The notes under the pieces: model-generated
What the model saw: the letters and a program-made list of their open reading frames with translations, nothing else
Database searches by the model: none
Told to the model about the DNA's origin: nothing
Source of the DNA: Clostridia bacterium
Lineage (GTDB): Bacteria > Bacillota > Peptococcia > Peptococcales > BICA1-8
Reading direction: 5' to 3'
Length of the DNA stretch: 36,526 nt
Assembly (NCBI GenBank): GCA_012800195.1
Contig: JAAZJU010000018.1
Location: 1 to 36,526, forward strand
Program-made: the position numbers and the translations under genes
Part shown: one piece after another, positions 27,623 to 35,179 of the stretch
How positions within the stretch are numbered: position 1 is the first letter of the stretch
Layout: each line of letters opens with the position of its first letter

Positions 27623-27652
27623 GGTGGTGAGATGAACACCACCCTTTTTTTA
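27623..27652 (+). terminator. Rho-independent terminator after spoVT
   Basis: GGTGGTG agatgaa CACCACC followed by CTTTTTTT. Confidence 0.85.
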
Positions 27653-27757
27653 TTTTATTTTTGCTATCTAGGAAATAGTAAGCTAAGATAGTAAAAGAAC
27701 GAGAATTCATTATTTCATGAACGCGTGAGCGCGACTAGAGAAAGAGGAGTAGGGTAA

Positions 27758-29365
27758 GTGGAGTATAAATCATCTTTTGTAAAAGGAGCATTAATATTAA
27801 GTTTAGCAGGGATAATTAGTAAGATTCTAGGTGCTCTTTATAGGATTCCCTTTGCTAGAATTGTGGGAGATGAAGGGGTAGGGCTTTATCAGATGGCTTA
27901 TCCCTTTTATCTGATTATTTTAGCAGTTAGTACGGCAGGCATACCTTTAGCCATCTCTAAGCTAGTGGCAGAGCGATATTATAAAGAGGATTTCCAAGGT
28001 ATCCAAAGAGTTTTTGGTACTTCCATGGCCATGCTCCTAATGATAGGGGCCATAGCTTCTTTAACTTTGTATCTGGGTGCTGATTTTATTGCCAGCAATA
28101 TCTTGCAGGACCCCAGAGCAGCCTTAAGTCTTAAGGCCATTGCCCCTGCAATTTTATTAACCTCGGCTATGGCCACCCTGCGAGGGTATTTTCAGGGCTT
28201 TCAGACCATGACTCCCACAGCTCTCTCTCAGATTATAGAGCAATTGGTCAGGGTGACCACTGTTTTTGTTGGAGCCTTTTACTTATTACCCTGGGGTGTT
28301 GAATATGCAGCAGCTGGAGCCATCTTTGGGACAGCTACTGGGGGCTTAGCGGGATTATTATTACTGATCTTCATTTATTTATGGAGAAAATCTAAATATA
28401 AAAATGAATTTAAGAATAGTCCAAGTAAACCGTTAGAAAGTTATCCTAGCCTAGCAAAGCAAATAATCTATTTAGCAATCCCCATTTCCATAGGGGGGCT
28501 AGTTTTACCCTTAATGCAGACTATGGATGCCCTGTTGGTGCCCTTTAGTTTGCAGACGGCAGGGTTTTCCTTTGATGAGGCTACAAGTCTTTATGGCCAA
28601 TTATCTGGTATGGCTGGTGCACTTATCAATTTACCTTTTATAATTACCACTGCTTTGGCAGCTAGCCTAGTTCCAGCTATTACAGAATCTTTAGCGGCCG
28701 GGAAATTTAACAATATTAAATATCAATTTTCCTCTGCCTTAAGGCTGGCTTTAATTATTGTAGTTCCTGCTTCTGTAGGCCTCTGGGTATTAGCGGAGCC
28801 CATTTGTGAGCTTCTTTATGATTTACCTGAGGCGGGGATTCCTTTAGCTTGGTTAGCACCAACAGTATTAATTGTAGGATTGTATCAAACATCTACAGGA
28901 ACCTTACAGGGGCTTAATAAACCCATCATTCCAGTGACTAGCCTGTTTTTGGGGGCCTTGGTTAAGGGTATTTTGACCTTTACCCTAACAGCCCTAACTC
29001 CCCTAGGAATAAAGGGAGCTGCTCTTGCTACAGTTATCGGGTTTCTGGTGGCTACCTTTAAAAATATTTATTCCTTGACTAAAATCTTAGGCAGGCAATG
29101 GTTTAAGTTTCAGGATCATTTATTAAAGCCCTTAGTAGCGGTAGGGGTAATGGCTTTTGGGGTATTATTCAGTTATAAACAGCTAATGGCCGTGGGGATT
29201 AGAAATAGTTTTAGTACCCTACTAGCAATAGCCCTAGGTGGCTTTATTTACTTTTTTGTTCTTTTATTAATTGGAGGTATTACGGGTCAAGATATAGAGA
29301 AAGTTCCTAAATTAGGCCTGAAAATAACTAAGTTTTTAAGGAAGATTAAGTTAGTGAGGGATTAA
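27758..29365 (+). CDS. MOP-superfamily flippase, SpoVB / YabM-like (polysaccharide or lipid II flippase family)
   Basis: About 14 TM segments. N-terminus FVKGALILSLAGIISKILGALYRIPFARIVGDEGVGLYQMAYP is typical of SpoVB/MurJ-like proteins. It occupies the position of B. subtilis yabM, after spoVT. Confidence 0.8.
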   Translation: MEYKSSFVKGALILSLAGIISKILGALYRIPFARIVGDEGVGLYQMAYPFYLIILAVSTAGIPLAISKLVAERYYKEDFQGIQRVFGTSMAMLLMIGAIASLTLYLGADFIASNILQDPRAALSLKAIAPAILLTSAMATLRGYFQGFQTMTPTALSQIIEQLVRVTTVFVGAFYLLPWGVEYAAAGAIFGTATGGLAGLLLLIFIYLWRKSKYKNEFKNSPSKPLESYPSLAKQIIYLAIPISIGGLVLPLMQTMDALLVPFSLQTAGFSFDEATSLYGQLSGMAGALINLPFIITTALAASLVPAITESLAAGKFNNIKYQFSSALRLALIIVVPASVGLWVLAEPICELLYDLPEAGIPLAWLAPTVLIVGLYQTSTGTLQGLNKPIIPVTSLFLGALVKGILTFTLTALTPLGIKGAALATVIGFLVATFKNIYSLTKILGRQWFKFQDHLLKPLVAVGVMAFGVLFSYKQLMAVGIRNSFSTLLAIALGGFIYFFVLLLIGGITGQDIEKVPKLGLKITKFLRKIKLVRD

Positions 29366-29366
29366 G

Positions 29367-30854
29367 ATGGGTAAAATTACAGTTCTGGGCTTAGGACCAG
29401 GCTCAGACAAGGATATTAGTGTTAGGGTGCTAGAAAAACTCAAGGGTTCAACCAATACTTATCTTCGCACCAAGGAGCATCCAGTGGTAGAGAATTTTTC
29501 GGCCTGGGGCATTCAGTTTAAAAGTTTAGATCACTATTATAATCAATATGAAAATTTCCAAGATGTGTACCGAGCTATTGTAGAACATTTAATCCAGGAG
29601 GCTCTAAAGGGAAAAGAAATTATTTATGCTGTTCCGGGAAGCCCCTTGGTAGCAGAGTCAACTACTACTCTTCTTAGGGAAAGGAGTCTAGAAGAAGGAA
29701 TTGAGCTGGAAATTTTTCCAGCCCTAAGTTTTCTAGATGTTATTTACCCTTTAATTAAAGTGGATCCAACCCAGGGCTTACAGATTTTAGATGCTATGGA
29801 TCTTAAAGTTGAGCAGATCAACAGTAATAACGGATTATTAATTTGCCAGGTTTATAACCGACTTCTTGCTTCTGATTTAAAACTGGATCTAATGGAACAT
29901 TATTCTGACGATCATATGATAAAGGTCATTAGAGGAGCGGGTATCGAAGATTTGGAAAAGATTGAAGAACTACCTCTTTATCAATTGGACCATTTGGAGT
30001 GGTTAGATCATTTAACCTCTGTCTATGTACCGCCCCAAATCAAGATAAATCCCCGTGAAGATTCAGTAAGTAATTGTCAATTTCCCTTAGATCCTTTAAC
30101 TGAGGTTATGGACAAGCTTTTAGCACCGGGAGGATGTCCTTGGGATAGAAAACAAGACCATCACTCTCTAAAAAGATATTTAATAGAAGAATGTTATGAA
30201 GTAATCGAAGCTATTGATAATCAGGATATGCATAATCTTTGTGAGGAATTGGGAGACTTACTATTGCAAGTGGTTTTTCACGGAAAACTGGCCGAAGAAA
30301 AGGGAAATTTTGATTTAAATCAGGTAATTCAGGGAGTTACCGAGAAGATGATTAGACGCCATCCCCATGTTTTTGGAGATATTACTGTTTCTGGTTCTAC
30401 AGAAGTATTAAAAAACTGGGAAATGATTAAAGCCCAGGAAAAGGGTAATACTGTAGAAAAGGGAATTTTAGATAACATTCCAAGGGGATTACCTGCTTTA
30501 ATGCAAGCCTTAAAGATTCAGGAAAAGGCGGCTCAGGTTGGTTTCGATTGGCCGGATATTCAGGGACCATGGGACAAAGTCTATGAAGAAATAAGGGAAC
30601 TTAAAGGAGCAATTGAGAAGCAGGAACAGGATAAGATTAATGCAGAATTCGGGGATGTCCTTTTTGCTTTAGTAAATCTAGCTCGTTTTTTAAGAATAGT
30701 CCCCGAAGAGGCACTGCTTACTACAATTAGGAAGTTTAGATCTAGATTTTCCTTTATTGAAAAGCAAGTGAAAAGAACAGAGCAAGAACTTAAGGACATG
30801 TCTTTAGAGGAACTTGACTATTGGTGGGATCTAGCTAAAAGAGAAGAAACATGA
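29367..30854 (+). CDS. mazG: Tetrapyrrole-methylase-like / MazG nucleoside triphosphate pyrophosphohydrolase fusion (YabN-type)
   Basis: N-terminal methylase-like fold (ITVLGLGPGS), then two MazG repeats (EECYEVIEAI...ELGDLLLQVVFH and EFGDVLFALVNLAR). Confidence 0.9.
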   Translation: MGKITVLGLGPGSDKDISVRVLEKLKGSTNTYLRTKEHPVVENFSAWGIQFKSLDHYYNQYENFQDVYRAIVEHLIQEALKGKEIIYAVPGSPLVAESTTTLLRERSLEEGIELEIFPALSFLDVIYPLIKVDPTQGLQILDAMDLKVEQINSNNGLLICQVYNRLLASDLKLDLMEHYSDDHMIKVIRGAGIEDLEKIEELPLYQLDHLEWLDHLTSVYVPPQIKINPREDSVSNCQFPLDPLTEVMDKLLAPGGCPWDRKQDHHSLKRYLIEECYEVIEAIDNQDMHNLCEELGDLLLQVVFHGKLAEEKGNFDLNQVIQGVTEKMIRRHPHVFGDITVSGSTEVLKNWEMIKAQEKGNTVEKGILDNIPRGLPALMQALKIQEKAAQVGFDWPDIQGPWDKVYEEIRELKGAIEKQEQDKINAEFGDVLFALVNLARFLRIVPEEALLTTIRKFRSRFSFIEKQVKRTEQELKDMSLEELDYWWDLAKREET

Positions 30855-30958
30855 AATTATTTTTGGTTATTGGTATTTTTTGCAGGAAAATCCATATCTG
30901 AGGACGAATATTGGTGAACATGTTATTTATTTTTTATAATACATAGGAGGGATTTGTT

Positions 30959-31237
30959 TTGAACAAAACCGAATTAGTAAGTAGTGTTGCTGAAAAATCC
31001 GAATTAACTAAAAAGGATGCCGAAAAAGCCGTTAGTGCTGTATTTGCTAGCATAGAAGAAGCTTTAGCTAAAGGTGAAAAGGTTCAATTAGTAGGTTTTG
31101 GTACTTTTGAAGTAAGAGAAAGAAAAGCTCGTACTGGCCGTAATCCACAAACAGGAGAAGAAATCCAAATTCCTGCAGCCAAAGTGCCTGCTTTCAAAGC
31201 TGGTAAAGCTTTAAAAGAAGCTGTAGAAGGCAAATAA
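30959..31237 (+). CDS. hup: DNA-binding protein HU
   Basis: MNKTELV...[39 protein letters not shown] is the canonical HU sequence. TTG start 8 nt after GGAGGG. Confidence 0.95.
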   Translation: MNKTELVSSVAEKSELTKKDAEKAVSAVFASIEEALAKGEKVQLVGFGTFEVRERKARTGRNPQTGEEIQIPAAKVPAFKAGKALKEAVEGK

Positions 31238-31251
31238 ATAATAATTAAAAG

Positions 31252-31278
31252 ATCAGGTTCAATTGAGCCTGATTTTTT
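31252..31278 (+). terminator. Rho-independent terminator after hup
   Basis: ATCAGGTTC aatt GAGCCTGAT followed by T5. Confidence 0.9.
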
Positions 31279-31326
31279 GTACTATGATACTCTGGAAAGA
31301 TGAAAGAAGTAAATGGAGGATAGGCA

Positions 31327-31572
31327 ATGCGTTTAGATAAATTTTTAAAGGTTTCCCGCTTAATTAAGAGACGAACAGTGGCCAAAGAGGTTTGTGATGG
31401 TGGGAAAGTAAAAATAAACGGCACTACAGCTAAGGCTGGTAGTGTGGTCAAAGTTGGAGATGTGATAGAAATAACCTTTGGCGAGAAAGTAATTAAAGCC
31501 AAAATATTAGAAGTAGCGGATAATGTACCTGCTGCTAAAGCCCGGGAAATGTATGAATTATTATCTGAGTGA
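31327..31572 (+). CDS. yabO: S4-domain RNA-binding protein YabO
   Basis: MRLDKFLKVSRLIKRRTVAKEVCDGGKVKINGTTAKAG is an S4 domain. Syntenic with yabN/hup upstream. Confidence 0.85.
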   Translation: MRLDKFLKVSRLIKRRTVAKEVCDGGKVKINGTTAKAGSVVKVGDVIEITFGEKVIKAKILEVADNVPAAKAREMYELLSE

Positions 31573-31609
31573 GTTAGTTAGTTAGTGTGTAAGTGTGTAA
31601 GTGTGTAAG
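31573..31609 (+). repeat. Two short tandem repeats abutting the yabO stop: (GTTA)x3 then (TGTGTAAG)x3
   Basis: gttagttagttag spans 31573-31585. tgtgtaag occurs at 31586, 31594 and 31602. Confidence 0.9.
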
Positions 31610-31615
31610 AGTTTT

Positions 31616-31713
31616 GGTCTAGCTCAATGGTCGGCATTACGTCTCCTACGTCTAGCTTTTTGGTCTGCATTATGTCTAATCTGTCTAGCTTAGGGGTCAG
31701 CATGTAAGCTTAA
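31616..31713 (+). repeat. Left arm of the repeat array: three 33-nt units
   Basis: TCTAGCT at 31618, 31651 and 31684. GGTCNGCAT at 31629, 31662 and 31695. Same orientation as the array at 36269 onward. Confidence 0.75.
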
Positions 31714-31873
31714 ATGCTGACATACAGAATAACCAGAAAGCAGTAATGCTGTCAATCAGATTAGCTTATTAGACGTCATGCTGACGTGCAGAGTATCTCT
31801 TGAGCCGTAATGCTGACATGCAGAAAAACTTATTAGCCGTGATGCCGTCATAAAGAATGACATAGAAGTTTAA
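31714..31873 (-). repeat. Right arm of the repeat array: five 32-nt units in the opposite orientation
   Basis: ATGCYG at 31714, 31746, 31778, 31810 and 31842, an exact 32-nt period. Minus-strand consensus CTGCATGTCAGCATTACGGCTNANAAGNNATT. The arms meet at the palindrome GTCAGCATgTAAGCTTAaATGCTGAC (31696-31721). Confidence 0.85.
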
Positions 31874-31953
31874 AAACGCGCCCGCGGAATAACGGCTTCG
31901 CTGACTACAAGAATTGCTTATAAGATAACATGAATATTTCCCCCCTCTTATTC

Positions 31954-32057
31954 TACTGTAGGAATTTATATAACTTTGCAATTATGCAAAGTGGCTAAGG
32001 AATACAGTACTGAAATGCGCACTATAAGGGAAACGAATAATGTGCGCATTTCTTGTG
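31954..32057 (+). repeat. Copy B of the same non-coding element, immediately upstream of spoIID
   Basis: Aligned to copy A as described there. Copy B also contains a perfect 11-bp hairpin, GAAATGCGCAC (32012-32022) / GTGCGCATTTC (32042-32052). Confidence 0.8.
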
Positions 32058-32094
32058 ATACTAAAGGTATAAACAATTTAAAGGGGGAATTTTT

Positions 32095-33030
32095 ATGGGA
32101 AAAAGCAAGGGAAGGCTAATAATATTTATCGCGTTGATTCTAATTTTAATTGTGGCCTGTACTCCTCAAAAAAGACCTGAGCAAAAAGAACCTACTGACC
32201 AAGAGCCAACAATTAGTTTATATGTTGCGGAAACAGGAGAAACCAAAGAGATAGCTCTAGAAGAATATTTATATGGGGTAGTTGCTGCTGAAATGGATCC
32301 TAAGTGGCCCAGGGAAGCCTTAGCTGCTCAGGCTATTATTGCTAGAACCTTTACATTAGTTAAGATTGAAGAGGGTGGAGTGCCAGCGAGAGGTACCGAT
32401 GCTTCAACGGATATAGAAGAATTTCAAGCCTATAATCCAGACAGAATAAATGATAATGTAGTGAAGGCCGTGGATAGTACTAGAGGAGAAGTGGCTCGTT
32501 ACCAGGGGAAATTGATTAAAACCTGGTTTCATGCGGATGCTGGTGGCAAGACAGCAACTGCTGAAGAAGGCTTAGGCTATACCCAGTCTCCCACACCCTT
32601 TATTCAGGTAGTAGATGATCCAGGTATAAATATTACGGTGAAGGAAAATAAAAATTGGCAAGTAAGCTTCCCTATTGCTCAAGTTGCTAAGGCTGTTCAA
32701 GAGGTTACAGGACAAAATCCCGGCAACTTTACTTCTGCAGAAATAACAGAAAAAGGTCCTTCAGGACGGGCTACCAAAATCAGGTTTGGCCAAACTGAGG
32801 TGAGTGGTCCTGCTCTAAGACTTGCCTTAGGTAGTACAGAAATGCGATCAACTCTTTTAACTAGTCTTAGCGTCCAAGGCGGCAAGGTTGTGATGACAGG
32901 TAAAGGCTTTGGTCATGGAGTAGGAATGAGCCAGTGGGGAGCCAGAGCTCTAGCGGAAAAAGGTAAATCTCCAGAAGAGATTGTTCAATACTTTTTCAAA
33001 GATGTAGAAATAGTCAAAGAGTATAAATGA
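32095..33030 (+). CDS. spoIID: Stage II sporulation protein D (SpoIID/LytB-domain lytic transglycosylase)
   Basis: Motifs AQAIIARTF, WFHADAGGKT and GHGVGMSQWGA. N-terminal hydrophobic anchor with a lipobox-like LILIVAC. RBS AAGGGGGA. Confidence 0.9.
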   Translation: MGKSKGRLIIFIALILILIVACTPQKRPEQKEPTDQEPTISLYVAETGETKEIALEEYLYGVVAAEMDPKWPREALAAQAIIARTFTLVKIEEGGVPARGTDASTDIEEFQAYNPDRINDNVVKAVDSTRGEVARYQGKLIKTWFHADAGGKTATAEEGLGYTQSPTPFIQVVDDPGINITVKENKNWQVSFPIAQVAKAVQEVTGQNPGNFTSAEITEKGPSGRATKIRFGQTEVSGPALRLALGSTEMRSTLLTSLSVQGGKVVMTGKGFGHGVGMSQWGARALAEKGKSPEEIVQYFFKDVEIVKEYK

Positions 33031-33034
33031 TTCT

Positions 33035-33060
33035 AAAGTCCCTTTCCAGGGACTTTTTTT
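33035..33060 (+). terminator. Rho-independent terminator after spoIID
   Basis: AAAGTCCC tttcca GGGACTTT followed by T4+. Confidence 0.9.
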
Positions 33061-33127
33061 AGTACTGAAAACTTTAAAAAAAGCATATAACTTAGCAAGG
33101 ACTAGAGTGAAGGAGGTAAGTATAAGC

Positions 33128-33412
33128 ATGGAGGTCAAAACAGGAGGAAGTAATCTTAACCTAATTAATAGAGAAAGATTCGAGGCATCAGCAGTTAACA
33201 ATGTAATATCCTATGATGATACAGAAATATTAATGGAAACCAAATTAGGGCTCTTAGATATTAAAGGAGAGGGTATGCACATTACGACCCTTAATCTAGA
33301 ACAGGGGAAAATAGTGGTGGATGGATATATACACAGGATTGAGTATGTGGAAGACAAAGGTGCCAAAATGAAAAACAAAGGAAAAAACATTATTTCTAAG
33401 CTTTTACGCTAG
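33128..33412 (+). CDS. yabP: Sporulation protein YabP
   Basis: YabP pattern (L.L.NRE....GV..V.S.DD.EI.LET..G.L.I.GE.L.I..L.LE.G.....G.I..I.Y). The ATG at 33128 follows AGGAGG. Immediately upstream of yabQ. Confidence 0.85.
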   Translation: MEVKTGGSNLNLINRERFEASAVNNVISYDDTEILMETKLGLLDIKGEGMHITTLNLEQGKIVVDGYIHRIEYVEDKGAKMKNKGKNIISKLLR

Positions 33413-33423
33413 GTAAGGATACT

Positions 33424-33948
33424 ATGCAATCAGTATATCAGCAGGCCGTAAGTTTAGTGATAACCATTGGCATTGGTTTTCTTGTGGGCATAATTTATGA
33501 TATTTACCGAGTAACAAGAGGGCTCTGGCAACCGAAAAAATTGGGCACTTTTATTGGCGATCTTTTCTTCTGGGTGATAATTACCATCATGGTCTTTACT
33601 CTGCTCTTGTTAGGCAATTGGGGAGAGGTAAGAGTTTATGTTTTCTTAGGCTTAGCCCTAGGTTTTCTAATGTATATTAAATATTGCAGCCTAAAAGGGC
33701 AGAGGATTATCAGTAAAATCTTTTTTGGCATCTATAAGACGATAAAATTTCTTTGGAAGGTTGTTACTTGGCCCTTTGCTCTTATTTATAAAATTATTTT
33801 AGTGCCTTTAGGTTTGATAGCTACTGGATTTTACACTCTGGGGCGATTTATAAAAAAAATAATGGCAAAAATAAAAGGCAAATTCAAAGGGGCAATTGAA
33901 AAAATGTTGGCTCTCTTAAAAAGAAAAGGGCCCAAGGATCAAGACTAA
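33424..33948 (+). CDS. yabQ: Spore cortex biosynthesis protein YabQ
   Basis: N-terminal TM segments with GFLVGIIYDIYRV and DLFFWV motifs. Follows yabP by 11 nt. The C-terminal extension is basic. Confidence 0.8.
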   Translation: MQSVYQQAVSLVITIGIGFLVGIIYDIYRVTRGLWQPKKLGTFIGDLFFWVIITIMVFTLLLLGNWGEVRVYVFLGLALGFLMYIKYCSLKGQRIISKIFFGIYKTIKFLWKVVTWPFALIYKIILVPLGLIATGFYTLGRFIKKIMAKIKGKFKGAIEKMLALLKRKGPKDQD

Positions 33949-33966
33949 GATTTTCATGAGGAGTGG

Positions 33967-33997
33967 GTCGGTCTAAGGGACTGACTTTCTCTTTTTT
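33967..33997 (+). terminator. Probable terminator after yabQ
   Basis: GTCGGTC taagg GACTGAC followed by TTTCTCTTTTTT. Confidence 0.7.
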
Positions 33998-34046
33998 AAA
34001 AATAATGGTTTTTTTAGGCAGGAGTTTTTCTATTTAGCTAGAACTA

Positions 34047-34108
34047 TGTGGATAAGTAATAATATTGTAGACAAATTGTCCACACATTGTGGATAACCCT
34101 GTGGATGA
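34047..34108. promoter_or_regulatory. Cluster of four DnaA boxes
   Basis: TGTGGATAA (34047-34055, perfect), TTGTCCACA (34076-34084, one mismatch to TTATCCACA), TGTGGATAA (34088-34096, perfect) and TGTGGATGA (34100-34108, one mismatch). Boxes 2 and 3 form a convergent pair separated by 3 nt. Confidence 0.75.
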
Positions 34109-34132
34109 ACTACCAGAAAATGGTGAAACTTT

Positions 34133-34351
34133 ATGAAGATGGAAATACGAGGTGTGGAAAAGCTGAGTTTTAGAGAAAGACAAGTGGTGGCCCTCAAAGA
34201 AACTGGTAATTCCAATGAAACTATAGCTAAAAAATTAGGCTTAAGTCCCAGTACGGTGGCAACTTTATATAATAGGGCCAGAGGAAAGGGTTATGAAGTA
34301 GTTATTGTTGTTCCTGGAGCTGTCTTAGGTTTGGTGGAGGATGATGAATAA
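34133..34351 (+). CDS. Single-domain LuxR/GerE-type helix-turn-helix protein (72 aa)
   Basis: LSFRERQVVALKETGNSNETIAKKLGLSPSTVATLYNRARGKG follows the GerE/LuxR pattern (L[ST].RE..V...........IA..L..S..TV). Weak RBS (GGTGA) 6 nt upstream. Its TAA stop shares one base with the divIC ATG (TAATG). Confidence 0.6.
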   Translation: MKMEIRGVEKLSFRERQVVALKETGNSNETIAKKLGLSPSTVATLYNRARGKGYEVVIVVPGAVLGLVEDDE

Positions 34352-34677
34352 TGGATCGAAGAGAAAAGCCTAAGAGAAGAACTAGAAAAAGCAAGGGCAA
34401 AATGATAGGGCGGAAATTAATGACCCTGATTTTAGGGAGCCTAATTTTCTATTTAGCCTTTAATTTTGGACAAGGCTTTTATCAAATACACCAATTGAAA
34501 AAAGAGCTCTCCGCTTTAGAGCAAGAGTATACTGAACTTCAAGAGATTAACAATGAACTATTGAATGAAGTGGAATACTTACATAGCCCCGAAGCTATAG
34601 AAAAAATAGCCCGAGAAAAGCTAGGTTTAATTAAGGAGGGAGAAATTGTCATCATGCGGGCTAGAGAAGCCGATTAA
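34351..34677 (+). CDS. divIC: Septum formation initiator DivIC/FtsB family
   Basis: Basic N-tail, a single TM (LMTLILGSLIFYLAFNF), a coiled coil, and the conserved C-end IEKIAREKLGLIKEGEIV. Confidence 0.85.
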   Translation: MDRREKPKRRTRKSKGKMIGRKLMTLILGSLIFYLAFNFGQGFYQIHQLKKELSALEQEYTELQEINNELLNEVEYLHSPEAIEKIAREKLGLIKEGEIVIMRAREAD

Positions 34678-34683
34678 TAATTC

Positions 34684-34711
34684 TTGACTTTGGTCTTGGG
34701 GGAGATATAAT
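34684..34711 (+). promoter_or_regulatory. Sigma-A-type promoter candidate for yabR
   Basis: TTGACT (34684-34689), 16-nt spacer, TATAAT (34706-34711). Confidence 0.55.
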
Positions 34712-34773
34712 TATAATATGCATGGTCTGAATATCATGAATACAATGTTAAATAGGGGAGGATTTTTTACGGA

Positions 34774-35133
34774 ATGTCCATTGCAAAAGGGCAAATTGTA
34801 GAAGGTGTTGTAACCGGTATTACTAATTTTGGAGCTTTTATTGAATTACCAGGAGGTATAACAGGCTTAGTTCATATTTCTGAAGTGGCGGATACCTATG
34901 TAAAAGATGTTAATGATTTTCTCAAGGATCGGGATAAGGTAAAGGTTAAAGTAATCAATATTGATGATAAAGGAAAAATAGGCTTATCCATTCGGCAAGC
35001 TAAGGTTAAACCTAAAAAGCCTGATATATCTTTTGAAGATAAACTTTCCAAATTCATTAAAGATAGTGAGGAAAAATTAGCTTTCCTCAAAAAGAATACA
35101 GAACAAAAAAGAAGAAGAAACAGTAGATCCTAG
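34774..35133 (+). CDS. yabR: S1-domain RNA-binding protein YabR
   Basis: G.IVEG.VTGITNFGAFIELPGGITGLVHISEVAD.YVKDV is an S1 domain, with a basic tail. Syntenic after divIC. Confidence 0.85.
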   Translation: MSIAKGQIVEGVVTGITNFGAFIELPGGITGLVHISEVADTYVKDVNDFLKDRDKVKVKVINIDDKGKIGLSIRQAKVKPKKPDISFEDKLSKFIKDSEEKLAFLKKNTEQKRRRNSRS

Positions 35134-35158
35134 CACCCAGTTTGGGTGCTCTTTTATT
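35132..35158 (+). terminator. Rho-independent terminator after yabR
   Basis: AGCACCCA gtt TGGGTGCT followed by CTTTTATT. Confidence 0.85.
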
Positions 35159-35179
35159 CTTTTTAGGGGGGTGTGGCCT

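Noticed and set aside
31616-31873. Reading the 32-nt periodic arrays as CRISPR arrays.
   Set aside because: The units are contiguous and degenerate, with no alternation of identical repeats and unique spacers. The orientation flips mid-array, and there are no cas genes or leader in the window.
31245-31981. Minus-strand ORFs 31245-31502 and 31769-31981.
   Set aside because: The first is antisense to yabO and the hup terminator. The second runs through the 32-nt repeat array and has no RBS. The 32-nt period cannot be maintained by selection on a peptide.
33990-34108. Interpreting the DnaA-box cluster plus the adjacent AT-rich tract as a replication origin.
   Set aside because: There is no dnaA/dnaN context. 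The AT-rich tract is the U-tract of the yabQ terminator. There are only four boxes, and the locus lies inside a conserved operon neighbourhood. A regulatory or titration cluster is more plausible.
555-35090. About 35 minus-strand ORFs of 60-89 aa in the ORF track (for example 555-794, 1027-1209, 2180-2434, 8573-8788, 12524-12730, 19722-19940, 20664-20933, 27246-27458, 32950-33201, 34896-35090).
   Set aside because: Each lies antisense inside a well-supported plus-strand gene, lacks an RBS, and has the low-complexity composition expected of shadow ORFs in AT-rich coding DNA.
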